Source: a virus (lineage: Duplodnaviria > Caudoviricetes). From it: 64,000 bases of DNA. Within the stretch, counting starts at the first letter, position 1, and the number at the start of each line of letters is the position of its first letter. The DNA lies in the IMG/VR virus record IMGVR_UViG_3300021066_000068, positions 46,135 through 110,134 of that record. The stretch is one strand, 5' to 3'. The notes beneath the pieces were generated by a model. It saw only the letters and a list, made by a program, of their open reading frames with translations. It made no database searches and was not told the origin of the DNA. This document shows, one piece after another, positions 45,567-54,890 of the stretch. The translations under genes were made by a program, and so were the position numbers.

Positions 45567-45833
45567 ATGATTCGGGTAGCCCTCGGCACCATCGTCGTCG
45601 GCCTTTTGGCCTATGCTTTTTACGAGCTTGCCAAGTGGGCCAGAGTCCACCGCAAGGAGCAGGAAATCCAAGAAGAAGAGATCGAGGCCGAGGTCATCGA
45701 CCGGGAAGCCTATCTGGCGGCTCTGAGAAAGGCCAACCGTCAACGCCGATTGGAACTCGGCTTGCCGCCCGATGACACCGACATCATTGTAGACATGCCC
45801 AAACAACCGGAGACCGACCCCCATGCCCACTAA
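45567..45833 (+). CDS. Single-TM protein upstream of the SPFH gene
   Basis: GGAGG RBS, N-terminal TM helix. Confidence 0.6.
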   Translation: MIRVALGTIVVGLLAYAFYELAKWARVHRKEQEIQEEEIEAEVIDREAYLAALRKANRQRRLELGLPPDDTDIIVDMPKQPETDPHAH

Positions 45834-47121
45834 GGCTATTGTCGCGGCCATTGGCGCCGTCGCCCTGCTCATCATCGGCTATATGACCATGGGCATCAAC
45901 ACCAACGGCTATCGCACCGTGGTGCAACGCCCCTCGGGCTACACCTTCGTCAAGTTCACCCCCGGCCCCTACCTGCACTGGTTCGGCTCGGCGGAATCCT
46001 ATCCCGACATCATCACCTTCGACTTCGACAAGAGCCAGGACGGCGGCGATGTCCGCTCCATCGAGCAGCAGGGGATCGCTGTCCGCTACCAGGATGGCGG
46101 CACAGGCGTCATCTACGGCCAGGGGCGCTATAACCTGCCCAACGACGAGCCGACGATGGTTTCCCTGCACCGGGCGTTCCGCTCGGCCACTGGGCTCGGC
46201 CACAAACTGATCAAGCCGACGGCGGAAGAACGCATCAACCTCACCGCCGGTCTGATGACCTCGGAAGAGGCCTACACCACCAAGCGCGGGGTGTTCACCG
46301 AGTGGGCAAGAGACCAGATTCAGAAGGGCAAATACAAGACAACCTTACAGAAGATGCAGGCCAAGGAAGAGGGGACGCAGGAGACCGTCTACCGTGACTT
46401 TCCGGTGATCGAATACGGCAAGGATGGTCAGCCTATTTACCTCGATAACGACTTCACCATTTATGGCATTACCCTCTCGGGCTTCCAGATCGTCGATTGG
46501 AACTTCGAGGACAAGACCCTGGAGCAGATCGCCGCCAAGCGCGGAGCGACCATGGCCATCATCACCGCCAAGGCCAACGCCGAAAGGGCGAAGCAGGACG
46601 CGGAGACGGCCAAGCAGGAAGGCATCGCCAAGGTCGCCGTCGCCCAGTATGAAAAAGAGGTCGAGAAGAAAAAGGCCGAGGTGGACGCCGAAAAGGACAA
46701 AGCCGTCGCCGTCACCAAGGCCGAGCAGTTGAAGGTGGTGGCCGAAACCAACGCCAAGCAGCGAGTTGCCGTGGCCGAGCAGGACAAGCTAGAGAAAGAG
46801 CAGAACAAGCTGGCCATGGCCGAATACAAACAGGCCGAAACCCTCAGGGGTGAAGGCGACGCCTCCTATAAGAAAGCCGTGATCGAGGCCGATGGCGCCC
46901 TTGCGCAAAAGCTGCAAACCTACGAGAATGTCATGGCCATTTTCGCCAAGGAGTTCGGCCGTCAAAAGTGGGTGCCGGAAATCGTCTTCGGCGCCAATGC
47001 AACACCCGGGGGCAGCGGCAATCAAGCGGCCGATTTAATCAACCTGCTCAATGCCAAAACCGCCAAGGACCTGTCCCTCGACTTAGGGGTCGCCGGTCCC
47101 CGCAACACGGCGCAAAAGTAG
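45823..47121 (+). CDS. SPFH/band-7 domain protein
   Basis: N-terminal TM, SPFH core, long Ala/Glu/Lys coiled coil. Confidence 0.8.
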   Translation: MPTKAIVAAIGAVALLIIGYMTMGINTNGYRTVVQRPSGYTFVKFTPGPYLHWFGSAESYPDIITFDFDKSQDGGDVRSIEQQGIAVRYQDGGTGVIYGQGRYNLPNDEPTMVSLHRAFRSATGLGHKLIKPTAEERINLTAGLMTSEEAYTTKRGVFTEWARDQIQKGKYKTTLQKMQAKEEGTQETVYRDFPVIEYGKDGQPIYLDNDFTIYGITLSGFQIVDWNFEDKTLEQIAAKRGATMAIITAKANAERAKQDAETAKQEGIAKVAVAQYEKEVEKKKAEVDAEKDKAVAVTKAEQLKVVAETNAKQRVAVAEQDKLEKEQNKLAMAEYKQAETLRGEGDASYKKAVIEADGALAQKLQTYENVMAIFAKEFGRQKWVPEIVFGANATPGGSGNQAADLINLLNAKTAKDLSLDLGVAGPRNTAQK

Positions 47122-47132
47122 GAGTCCACCGC

Positions 47133-47936
47133 ATGTCCGCCGCTAAGAAAACAGAGGTCACTGAAATCCACCCGCCTGTCACTCATTCGGGCGAGGGCGC
47201 CGACATCATGTCGATGATCCAAATCGCCATGGCCCGGCCGGATTTCCCCGTGGCCACCATCGAGCGCATGTTCGACCTTTACCAGAAGGCCGAGGCCGAG
47301 AAGGCGCGCAAGGCGTACTATGCTGCCCTTGCCGTCATGCAGCCGAAGCTGCCGGTGATCGAAAAGAAGGGCATCATCAAAACCAACGAGAAGGATGCCA
47401 GCGGCAACAAGACCGGCCGCCAAAAGGACCAGAGCCGCTATGCGCTTTGGGAAGACATCATGGAGGGCGTCCTGCCGGTCCTCTCCGAGCACGGGTTCTC
47501 GATTTTCTTCATCAACGAGCAGCCGACTCCGGATCGCATCATCACCACCGCCAAACTCGCCCATAAGGATGGGCATTTCGAGACAAGCTCGATTTCCCTG
47601 CCCATCGACACCTCGGGATCGAAGAACAACGTGCAGGGCTGGGGAAGCTCCGCCCAGTACGGTAAGCGCTATTCGGCTTCGGCGCTACTCAACCTCGTGG
47701 CCAGAGGCGAGGACGATGACGGACAGGCAGCAGGTATTGTGGCCGAAACCTTGACCGAAGACCAGATCAAGACTATCCGCGTCCTCCTGGCCGAAACCAA
47801 GACCAAGGAAGAGGCCTTCCTGCGCTACATCACCAAGACGGACACGCTGGAAGACGTGCCCGCGGGGGCCTTCGAATCCCTGAAAGGGTTCCTCGACACC
47901 AAAAAAGAGAAGATTAAGCAGGGGGCGCCGGTCTAA
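47133..47936 (+). CDS. erf: ERF-family ssDNA annealing protein
   Basis: YALWEDI...HKDGH...QGWGSSAQYGKRY...EDDDG. Confidence 0.9.
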   Translation: MSAAKKTEVTEIHPPVTHSGEGADIMSMIQIAMARPDFPVATIERMFDLYQKAEAEKARKAYYAALAVMQPKLPVIEKKGIIKTNEKDASGNKTGRQKDQSRYALWEDIMEGVLPVLSEHGFSIFFINEQPTPDRIITTAKLAHKDGHFETSSISLPIDTSGSKNNVQGWGSSAQYGKRYSASALLNLVARGEDDDGQAAGIVAETLTEDQIKTIRVLLAETKTKEEAFLRYITKTDTLEDVPAGAFESLKGFLDTKKEKIKQGAPV

Positions 47937-48604
47937 TGCGGGTCATTGAATGCGAACAAAACACGGAATCTTGGCATAAGGCTAGATGCGGACGCTGCAC
48001 GGGCTCACGTATTGCCGACGTGATGGCCAAGAGCAAAAGCAAGGACAAGAACGGCAACCTCCTCCCCAGCGCCATGCGCGCCACCTATATGGGGGAGCTT
48101 ATCGCCGAACGCCTTTCGGGCTTTCAGCCGATGGACGGCTACAAGTCTCCGGCCATGAAGTGGGGTTCCGACAACGAGGACGCCGCCTGTTCGCTGTACG
48201 CCTTCATGTATGACGCCGAGCCGATCAAGGTGGGCTTTGTGCTCCACCCGGAACTCGATTGGGCCGGGGCCAGCCCTGACCGGCTTGTGGGCGACAAGGG
48301 TTGCCTGCAAGTGAAGTGCCCCAACAGTTCCACCCACGCCGATTCTCTGCTCGGCGCCCCGGTTGACAGCAAATATATGAAGCAGATGCAATTCGAAATG
48401 CTCTGCGCTGAGCGGGAATTTTGTGACTTTGTTTCGTATGATCCTAGGTATCCTGCGGAAATGCAACTTTGGGTCAAGCGGGTCATGCGCGACGAGGCCA
48501 TGATCAAGGAAATCGAGCGCGAGGTGCGCCTTTTCCTGGAGGAGTTGGATGAAAGGCTAGCCTCTCTTCGCAAGCTTTATCCTGGTGTTCAGGAGGCAGC
48601 ATGA
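47936..48604 (+). CDS. YqaJ/lambda-type exonuclease
   Basis: Q.TESWHKAR.G..TGS, MKWG..NE, GASPDRLV, QVKCP, QMQFEM. Confidence 0.9.
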   Translation: MRVIECEQNTESWHKARCGRCTGSRIADVMAKSKSKDKNGNLLPSAMRATYMGELIAERLSGFQPMDGYKSPAMKWGSDNEDAACSLYAFMYDAEPIKVGFVLHPELDWAGASPDRLVGDKGCLQVKCPNSSTHADSLLGAPVDSKYMKQMQFEMLCAEREFCDFVSYDPRYPAEMQLWVKRVMRDEAMIKEIEREVRLFLEELDERLASLRKLYPGVQEAA

Positions 48605-48816
48605 AAGACGGCGGTCCAGCCTTCCCGGTCGATGTCAACGACAACGGTGGCGGCCACACCAACGAAGGCATGTCACTACGCGATTGGCTTGCTGGGCAGG
48701 CGCTCACCGGCATGTGCCAGGGGTGTGGCTGGCAGGGCGGCGACTTCGAGAGTATGACGCGACACGCCTATGCAGCAGCCGACGCCATGCTGAAGGCTCG
48801 CGGCCTCCCGTCATGA
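48601..48816 (+). CDS. Conserved phage protein
   Basis: DGGPAFP...GMSLRDWLAGQAL...AYAAADAML. Confidence 0.75.
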   Translation: MKDGGPAFPVDVNDNGGGHTNEGMSLRDWLAGQALTGMCQGCGWQGGDFESMTRHAYAAADAMLKARGLPS

Positions 48817-49346
48817 GCATCAGCGCCCGCGCCATCGCAGGATCACAACCGGCTCCCACCCGGAAGCCGAGGCCGAAAGAGATATGCCCCACCTGCAAAC
48901 AGGTTGTGCCCCACCCGCGGAACTACGAGCGGCATAAAGCTTTGTTCGGCATGCTCAAACCAGCATTCTACTATTGGCCTGATCCTGATGTGGAACCCTT
49001 CAGGCCCAACGATGCGGAGCACCTGCGCGCTTGGCTCCTGGTCAAGGCCGGATGGCGGGAGAGCGAAGACCTGAAGATATCGGGGACCTCTTCCAAGTAC
49101 GCAACCATCATGGCCATGGCCTTTCTCAACCGCAAGCGGGAAAAGACGGCTGTGCATTTCGAGGAGTTAAAGGACGGCATCCGGGTGTACTGGCCCAAGT
49201 CGGTCGCCTATAATAAGTGCTCGGAGGACCAATTTAAAAAAGTGCTCACCGCCGTCACCGAGATCGTCGAAGACATTATCGGCGTCTCGGTCAAGGAGAT
49301 GCGGGAGAACTACAAACGGGATGTGGCGGAGGATCACGATGTGTGA
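48813..49346 (+). CDS. DUF1367/NinB-like protein
   Basis: RNYERHKALF...EHLRAWL..KAGW...PKSVAY. Confidence 0.65.
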   Translation: MSISARAIAGSQPAPTRKPRPKEICPTCKQVVPHPRNYERHKALFGMLKPAFYYWPDPDVEPFRPNDAEHLRAWLLVKAGWRESEDLKISGTSSKYATIMAMAFLNRKREKTAVHFEELKDGIRVYWPKSVAYNKCSEDQFKKVLTAVTEIVEDIIGVSVKEMRENYKRDVAEDHDV

Positions 49347-49577
49347 CTGTCACGGGTGCAACCGGACCCAGGTTATCGAGCGCGACAACAGCTTCGCCGT
49401 CAAAGCCGTGGCCGTGGCGGAGCGTGCCTATATCGCCCTCCTGCGCACCGGACCTTACCACAGAACCCGGTTGCAGGAGGAGCTTTGCCTGCTCCGAGAC
49501 TTCATTGCCGACACCCGGCCCGACTTAGGGGCGGAAGGGGTGCAGGATTTGTATGAGGCGAAAGCGGCGGGGCGGGC

Positions 49578-49826
49578 TTGATGGCCGACGAAGACGAGAA
49601 AGACACGTTTCGCAAAAGCCTATCCCCGGCCGTGTGGGTGCTGACCATCCTCTGGACCCTCTTCGGCTGGGGGTTGGTTGAGGGGTTCGAGCAGGCAGGT
49701 TATGTCGGACCCATAAACAGCGGATTCCGGCTGGCGATAGTGATCGGCCTATTCCTCGCCGCATTGACCCTAGTGTCGTGGCGGGCCAATGTTGCAGCCG
49801 ACAAGAAGTTCAAAGGCAGAGCCTGA
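49578..49826 (+). CDS. Small membrane protein
   Basis: Two TM helices, coupled. Confidence 0.55.
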   Translation: MMADEDEKDTFRKSLSPAVWVLTILWTLFGWGLVEGFEQAGYVGPINSGFRLAIVIGLFLAALTLVSWRANVAADKKFKGRA

Positions 49827-50272
49827 TGGCCCAGTTCATCAAACCTCCAGGCTACGGAGAGCCCAACTTTCGGCCCAGCCGCAGCGAGCGCGAATCCGCC
49901 AAACGCAACCGCAAGTCCGGGGCGCAAAAACGGGAGGGGAACTGTGACCTCCACCGCGCCAACATCAAGCATCTGCCCTGTGTCGTCTGCTGGAAAGCCC
50001 CTCCCAATGACGGACATCACCTGAAGAGCGGCAGCGCCCGCCACTCCCGGGGCATGGGCATGCGGGCTGTGGATAAGTTCCTGGTGCCGTTGTGCAGGCG
50101 TCATCATGACGACCTGGAGAGCTACGGGTCAACCCGGGAAATGGAGTGGTTCCTGGCCCATCAAGTGGAGGACCCCGAGGGGTTGGCGTTTGCCCTTTAT
50201 GAGGCGCCGTTGGACGTGAGGATCAGAACCGCTATCGTTGCCGCCCATCGGGGATTGAAGGTGAAGATATGA
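49826..50272 (+). CDS. DUF968-like HNH nuclease
   Basis: LPCVVC...DGHH...VPLCRRHH. Confidence 0.75.
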   Translation: MAQFIKPPGYGEPNFRPSRSERESAKRNRKSGAQKREGNCDLHRANIKHLPCVVCWKAPPNDGHHLKSGSARHSRGMGMRAVDKFLVPLCRRHHDDLESYGSTREMEWFLAHQVEDPEGLAFALYEAPLDVRIRTAIVAAHRGLKVKI

Positions 50273-50667
50273 CGCCAGAAGACGAGCGCGTTCTTGGGCA
50301 GGCGATACGCGACGGCCTGTTTGCTGCTACCCGGTACTGCCATGGAGTGGCGGTCGGGTGTGGTTGGTGGACAGACCTAAAGACGGGCGAGCCCAAGGAG
50401 CGCAACTACGGGGAATTGCTCGCCCTGGTCCACTCCGAAGTCAGCGAAGCTCTCGAAGGGCATCGCAAGAACCTCATGGATGACCATCTTCCCACGCGCA
50501 AGATGGAGGAGGTGGAACTGGCGGATGTCCTGATAAGGATTTTCGATCTGGCGGGCAAGTACAACTACGATCTGGCCGGGGCGCTCCTGGAGAAGGTCGA
50601 GTACAATCGCAACCGCCAGGACCACAAGCTCGAAGTGCGCAAAGCCGAGGGCGGGAAGGCGTTCTGA
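50269..50667 (+). CDS. MazG-like nucleotide pyrophosphohydrolase
   Basis: LVHSEVSEALE...EVELADVLIRIFD...KVEYN..R. Confidence 0.85.
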   Translation: MTPEDERVLGQAIRDGLFAATRYCHGVAVGCGWWTDLKTGEPKERNYGELLALVHSEVSEALEGHRKNLMDDHLPTRKMEEVELADVLIRIFDLAGKYNYDLAGALLEKVEYNRNRQDHKLEVRKAEGGKAF

Positions 50668-50891
50668 TGGCCACCCTCTCCGACATGGTCACCTATATGC
50701 AAGAGCGGGTGAGCGGCGTCGCCACTATCAACCCCCAGACAGAAAAGGCCATCCTCAAGACCCTGCAATGGATGCAGCGCCACGAGGCCGATATCCGCAT
50801 CATCGCCAAGGTGAAGAAAGAGACCGATAGCAGGTTAGTCGATCCCGACCATTCAGGAGAGCCCTATGGAGACGACCGAGACCCCGAGTGA
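50667..50891 (+). CDS. Hypothetical protein
   Basis: TGATG-coupled. Confidence 0.55.
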   Translation: MATLSDMVTYMQERVSGVATINPQTEKAILKTLQWMQRHEADIRIIAKVKKETDSRLVDPDHSGEPYGDDRDPE

Positions 50892-51090
50892 TGCCCATGA
50901 GCCGGAAGGCGAATTGTCTTTATCCGACACGCGTGACATTGCCTTTGGCGCCCTCCACGACCTGCTCTCCGACCTTTACCCGGAAGGGGCGGAGGATATT
51001 GCCGCGGAATCGGCCTGGGCGGCCTACCGGCTTCTGCTCGCCTTGACCCGGGCGGCGGCCGAGGGGGAAAAGGACGAGGAGGCGTAAAAA

Positions 51091-51489
51091 GTGGCGTATC
51101 GCGCGACATTGCCTGCCGAAGAGCAAGAGGCCTGGGACGCCTGGGTGGAAAGTCGCCCTGATAGCGTCAAGGCCGTCGCCCGGAGATTTGTTCCCTGGGC
51201 TCTCTACCGACTCAAGACCACCAATCAAATCGTGACCATCCACAGCTACAGCGAAAACGGCACAGTCACCGTCGATATCACCGGAGACCACAATCTGATT
51301 TTGTTTGACCGACAGGTCTTTGGGATTAACCCCGACGACTTGGAGCCCTGCGATTGGCCGGAGGGCCCGGTGGGGACGCTCATGTCCCCCGAACAGGTGG
51401 ACGCCAATCAAGACGCGCTGCGCGTCCTTATTCGCCCAGACTTATTTACCCTTGACGCAAATGGCAGGGCGGTGCGCAAAAACAATTAG
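51091..51489 (+). CDS. Conserved phage protein
   Basis: WVESRP...PWALYRLK...RQVFGINPDDL. Confidence 0.65.
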   Translation: MAYRATLPAEEQEAWDAWVESRPDSVKAVARRFVPWALYRLKTTNQIVTIHSYSENGTVTVDITGDHNLILFDRQVFGINPDDLEPCDWPEGPVGTLMSPEQVDANQDALRVLIRPDLFTLDANGRAVRKNN

Positions 51490-52032
51490 CGCTCTCTGCA
51501 ACTTTAACGCTTGACCCGTTAACCGTGTGCCTCTAGAATCTACCCCGTTGCGTATAGTGGAGTCGATTATGGAACTCTTGTATTTCGATTCGGTTGGGCT
51601 GAGCATTTTCCAAACGCCAACCGGCGACATCTACCTCCACCACGTCTTGCAGAATATCCTTATTGGGCCATTGCCCAATCCCGATGATGCTTTCGGCATC
51701 GCCGAAGCCAACGGCTGGCGCCACTAATCCCTTCGCGCACCGCGGTCCCGACCCCGCCAGGGGGTTACCGGCTCGTCTTAGACCCTAGACCTAAGATTGA
51801 GCATTTAGACGGGATTGAGACCAGCGGCAAGCGGGGCGGGCCCAGGAGAGCTACCAGCGGTGGAGCGGTCTCCTGGGCCCGATGGGGGGTCCATACCAAA
51901 TATGGGCGCCAAAGGCTCAACTCGTTACGCGGCACCATCTGAGCGAACTCAGCGCCCGCTTTTCTAACCTACGAACATGACAGCGGTTCCCGGTCGGCGC
52001 AAAAATAATTTGGGTCGAATCGCTTTTCCCCG

Positions 52033-52061
52033 TTGACGTAGTACGTCACTGGACGTATATT
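52033..52061 (+). promoter_or_regulatory. Strong sigma70-type promoter with an overlapping palindromic operator
   Basis: TTGACG-17-TATATT; TGACGTA-G-TACGTCA at 52034-52048. Confidence 0.7.
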
Positions 52062-52090
52062 CCTCCTCACAAGACACGAGGAGAGAGCAG

Positions 52091-52297
52091 ATGACCCTCC
52101 CAGTTGGCACCGTTGTTTTGATCAAGAAGGGCAAGACGGAGCAGCGCTGGCAGATCACGCGGCCCCTTAGCCCCGACAAGTATCACCAGGGCGGATTTTA
52201 TGCAGCCCGTCGTTGGGTGGCAAAGAACGCCAAATGGTCGAGCAACGACTACCTGATCAGCCCTGAGCGAATTGTTCGAGTGGAGGAAGGGGCCTAA
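52091..52297 (+). CDS. Hypothetical early protein
   Basis: GAGAGAG RBS. Confidence 0.6.
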   Translation: MTLPVGTVVLIKKGKTEQRWQITRPLSPDKYHQGGFYAARRWVAKNAKWSSNDYLISPERIVRVEEGA

Positions 52298-52329
52298 CCA
52301 GCCCCTCTCCTTTCCTACGGAGAGAGCGA

Positions 52330-52503
52330 ATGAACAAAGTCATTTTCACTTACGAGGACGGCCGAACACGCGAAGCCGGGTTCTATTATGACGGGGTTGC
52401 CAAGCTGGTGGCCGAGGACGCCGTTCGCATGCGTTACGCTGGTCTTGCCCACATCAAGTGCATCGACGGCGGCAAGGTCGTAGTGGATCAGCCCATAAAG
52501 TAA
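52330..52503 (+). CDS. Hypothetical protein
   Basis: 57 aa, GGAGAGAG RBS. Confidence 0.55.
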   Translation: MNKVIFTYEDGRTREAGFYYDGVAKLVAEDAVRMRYAGLAHIKCIDGGKVVVDQPIK

Positions 52504-52535
52504 CCATAACCCTTTAACCCTAAGAGAGAGCAGCT

Positions 52536-52793
52536 ATGACCCGTAAGGCTCACAGATTTCTTTTCACGGTGGAGGGCTCCGGCTCCTTCCCCATCGACAT
52601 GCTCCGCTACGACCGCTGCTGGCCCGCCAACGAGGGATCAGACAGCTATGCGATTGAGACCCACCCGACCGCCAAACGACGCCGCATAGTCCTCGAAACC
52701 CAGAACGAGCTAGCCCCGACCAACGGGCGTTGGGAATCGTTCGGGTGGAAGGTGCTGGGCATCGGCGAATACCGCGAGAAGGATGTGGCGTAA
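52536..52793 (+). CDS. Conserved phage protein
   Basis: FTVEGSGSFPIDMLRYDRCWP...RWESFGW. Confidence 0.7.
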   Translation: MTRKAHRFLFTVEGSGSFPIDMLRYDRCWPANEGSDSYAIETHPTAKRRRIVLETQNELAPTNGRWESFGWKVLGIGEYREKDVA

Positions 52794-53020
52794 TGGGAAC
52801 CTATGACACCAGAGGCGGAGCCGCCGTCAGTCCTCGCGATGAGGAGCCGGGCTCCGCTGAAATCGAACTCAACCGCGCCGAGTGGGCCATCATCATCCAG
52901 GCCGTGCAGAGCTACGATGGACCCATTGGGGCCGCGGATCGCAAGGACATTCTAGCTCTAGCGCACAAGCTGTTTCCGCTCCGGGACGCCCGCGGCGCAC
53001 ATATCGAGGTGTGGGAGTAG
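52793..53020 (+). CDS. Hypothetical protein
   Basis: TAATG-coupled. Confidence 0.55.
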   Translation: MGTYDTRGGAAVSPRDEEPGSAEIELNRAEWAIIIQAVQSYDGPIGAADRKDILALAHKLFPLRDARGAHIEVWE

Positions 53021-53052
53021 TCCCCGCCTTTTTCTTTAGAGGGAGAGAGAAG

Positions 53053-53388
53053 ATGCGCTTCACACGCCGGATCAAGAACGCCCTGGAGAACGCTGCCGCC
53101 AGCGCCGCGGCGGGGGACGGCATGGGTGACGGCGACATTTCTGCCGTCAACTTTGACGCCATGCCCGACGCCCTAGATTGGGTCAACAGCCTTCCAACGG
53201 ATGGGGCAGTGGTGGCGCTCACCAAGACAGAAATTCGAGCCCTGGTACGTCTTGTGAATGCGGGGATCGGCTCGACCGACGTTGTGGAGCCAAAAGAGAA
53301 GATCGCCATTCGCGCCCTCGGCAAGATTATCAATGCCGCGGGCAAAGAGTGGGACCAGTACGCTGGTTGCGTCCGCACGAACTTGTAG
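53053..53388 (+). CDS. Hypothetical protein
   Basis: GAGGGAG RBS. Confidence 0.55.
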   Translation: MRFTRRIKNALENAAASAAAGDGMGDGDISAVNFDAMPDALDWVNSLPTDGAVVALTKTEIRALVRLVNAGIGSTDVVEPKEKIAIRALGKIINAAGKEWDQYAGCVRTNL

Positions 53389-53397
53389 GAGGGGCGC

Positions 53398-53580
53398 ATG
53401 ACCAAGAAGAAGCTCGGGGACGACCTGAGCACCTGGAGAGCCCACTTAGGGATGACCCAGAAGGAGGCGGCAGACTTTCTCTTCGTCCCCATCCGGACGT
53501 ACCAAGAATGGGAACAAGGACGAAGGGCCCCCAAGCAGGCTGGACCGTTGCGAAAGGTGCTGGAGTTGAGCAGGCGTTAA
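53398..53580 (+). CDS. XRE-family HTH protein
   Basis: WRAHLGMTQKEAADFL.VPIRTYQEWEQGRR.P. Confidence 0.85.
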   Translation: MTKKKLGDDLSTWRAHLGMTQKEAADFLFVPIRTYQEWEQGRRAPKQAGPLRKVLELSRR

Positions 53581-53624
53581 AAATTCTGCTTGCCTCCCGC
53601 CGACTCCGCGAGTAGAAGGCCTGC

Positions 53625-53726
53625 ATGACGCTGATCCGCACCATTTCCGAGCGCGCGATTAAGGGGGCAGCCATTGCCGCCTGCGCCGGAGTGTGCGTCG
53701 ATAATACCGAAAACGGTAGCGCGTAA
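53625..53726 (+). CDS. Putative leader peptide 1 (Ile/Asn) of tRNA sub-operon 1
   Basis: TTGCCT-17-TAGAAG-6nt-ATG; MTLIRTISERAIKGAAIAACAGVCVDNTENGSA. Confidence 0.45.
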   Translation: MTLIRTISERAIKGAAIAACAGVCVDNTENGSA

Positions 53727-53796
53727 CCATCCCTCTCCCTTGAAGGACCCGAGCCAACAAAGCTTCCTTCATGTGAGGAGGGGGAGTAAGCCCTGT

Positions 53797-53872
53797 TCCC
53801 CGATAGCTTAAGAGGCGAAGCATCCGACTGTTAATCGGAAGATTGCAGGTTCGAGGCCTGCTCGGGGAGCCA
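53797..53872 (+). tRNA. tRNA-Asn(GTT)
   Basis: Cloverleaf, loop CT-GTT-AA, CCA end. Confidence 0.92.
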
Positions 53873-53946
53873 TGCAACGTTAGCTCAATGGCAGAGCGCC
53901 CGCTTGATAAGCGGTAGACTCCGGTTCGATTCCGGCCGTTGCACCA
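53873..53946 (+). tRNA. tRNA-Ile(GAT)
   Basis: Loop TT-GAT-AA, TTCGATT T-loop, CCA end. Confidence 0.9.
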
Positions 53947-53948
53947 CA

Positions 53949-54012
53949 CTCCGTTAGCTCAGAGGTAGAGCCATTGTGGCTCAGGAAGACGCGGGTTCGA
54001 TCCCCGGCACCA
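53949..54012 (+). pseudogene. Degenerate tRNA-His(GTG)
   Basis: D-arm, TT-GTG-GC loop, T-loop and CCA present; 5' anticodon stem and 3' acceptor strand deleted. Confidence 0.6.
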
Positions 54013-54016
54013 GGAC

Positions 54017-54094
54017 GGTCTCGTAGCTCAGATGGAGGAGAGCGCCAGTTTCCGAAACTGGAGGTCAAAGGTTCAAGTCCTTTCGAGATCGCCA
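54017..54094 (+). tRNA. tRNA-Arg(CCG)
   Basis: CCAGT-TTCCGAA-ACTGG arm, CCA end. Confidence 0.9.
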
Positions 54095-54099
54095 ATCAC

Positions 54100-54175
54100 T
54101 GCTCGGTAGCTTAGCAGTCAAAGCCTCCGGCTCATAACCGGAAGATCGTCGGTGCAAATCCGACCCGAGCGACCA
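54100..54175 (+). tRNA. tRNA-Met(CAT) (Met/fMet/Ile2 identity unresolved)
   Basis: TCCGG-CTCATAA-CCGGA arm, TGCAAAT T-loop, CCA end. Confidence 0.85.
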
Positions 54176-54184
54176 ACCTTCAAC

Positions 54185-54261
54185 GGTTCCGTAGCTCAGT
54201 GGAAAAGAGCGGTTGCCTTCTAAGCAATTGGTCGCAAGTTCGAATCTTGCCGGAACCGCCA
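54185..54261 (+). tRNA. tRNA-Arg(TCT)
   Basis: Loop CT-TCT-AA, CCA end. Confidence 0.92.
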
Positions 54262-54299
54262 TTGGACTATAAAATACCGTTATGCGCAGCGCAGACAGC

Positions 54300-54524
54300 A
54301 TGGCGAGACAAAGGTTTGGCGGGTTCACCGTCGTGGAGCACCTTGGGCAGGTGGGGTGGAAGTGCGTCTGCGACTGTGGCCGCATAGTTTACAGGTCCAA
54401 ATCAAAGCTTGCAAAAAACAAAGGTGGATGTGCCGTATGTGCAAAGCGACTGACTAACGTCAGGCTGTTGTGTTGCAACTGTCACGCTCAGACCCCTACT
54501 TACAAAAACAAGAAACGTACTTGA
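54300..54524 (+). pseudogene. Internally deleted HNH homing endonuclease remnant
   Basis: WKCVCDCG N-terminal module joined to NVRLLCCNCHAQTPTY without the central His motif. Confidence 0.55.
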
Positions 54525-54555
54525 CAGTTTTTGTCGGCTCTGACAAAAACCTCCC

Positions 54556-54615
54556 ATGTTCGCACGCCATACCACAACCCGAACGACCACCACCCGCACA
54601 GCGCAGAAACGCTGA
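54556..54615 (+). CDS. Putative leader peptide 2 (Thr-rich) of tRNA sub-operon 2
   Basis: TTGACA 35 nt upstream of the ATG; MFARHTTTRTTTTRTAQKR, 8 Thr in 19 aa. Confidence 0.75.
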   Translation: MFARHTTTRTTTTRTAQKR

Positions 54616-54650
54616 GTGCGGGCGCTCCCTATGGGCGCCATCCACAACTC

Positions 54651-54726
54651 GGATCGGTAGCTCAGTGGTTAGAGCAGTCGCCTTTTAAGCGAAAGGTCGT
54701 GGGTTCAAATCCCACCCGATCCTCCA
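54651..54726 (+). tRNA. tRNA-Lys(TTT)
   Basis: Loop CT-TTT-AA, CCA end, U73. Confidence 0.92.
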
Positions 54727-54730
54727 AGAC

Positions 54731-54807
54731 GAACCGATAGCTCAGTTGGCTAGAGCAGCGTCCTCTTAAGTCGAAGGTCGGTGGTTCGAATCCACCTCGG
54801 TTCACCA
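54731..54807 (+). tRNA. tRNA-Lys(CTT)
   Basis: Loop CT-CTT-AA, CCA end. Confidence 0.9.
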
Positions 54808-54809
54808 AC

Positions 54810-54886
54810 GCTATCGTAGCTCAGTCCGGTAGAGCATCCGCTTGGTATGCGGGAGGCCGCAGGTTCAAATCCTGCCGATAGCACCA
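54810..54886 (+). tRNA. tRNA-Thr(GGT)
   Basis: Loop TT-GGT-AT, CCA end. Confidence 0.92.
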
Positions 54887-54890
54887 TTTT

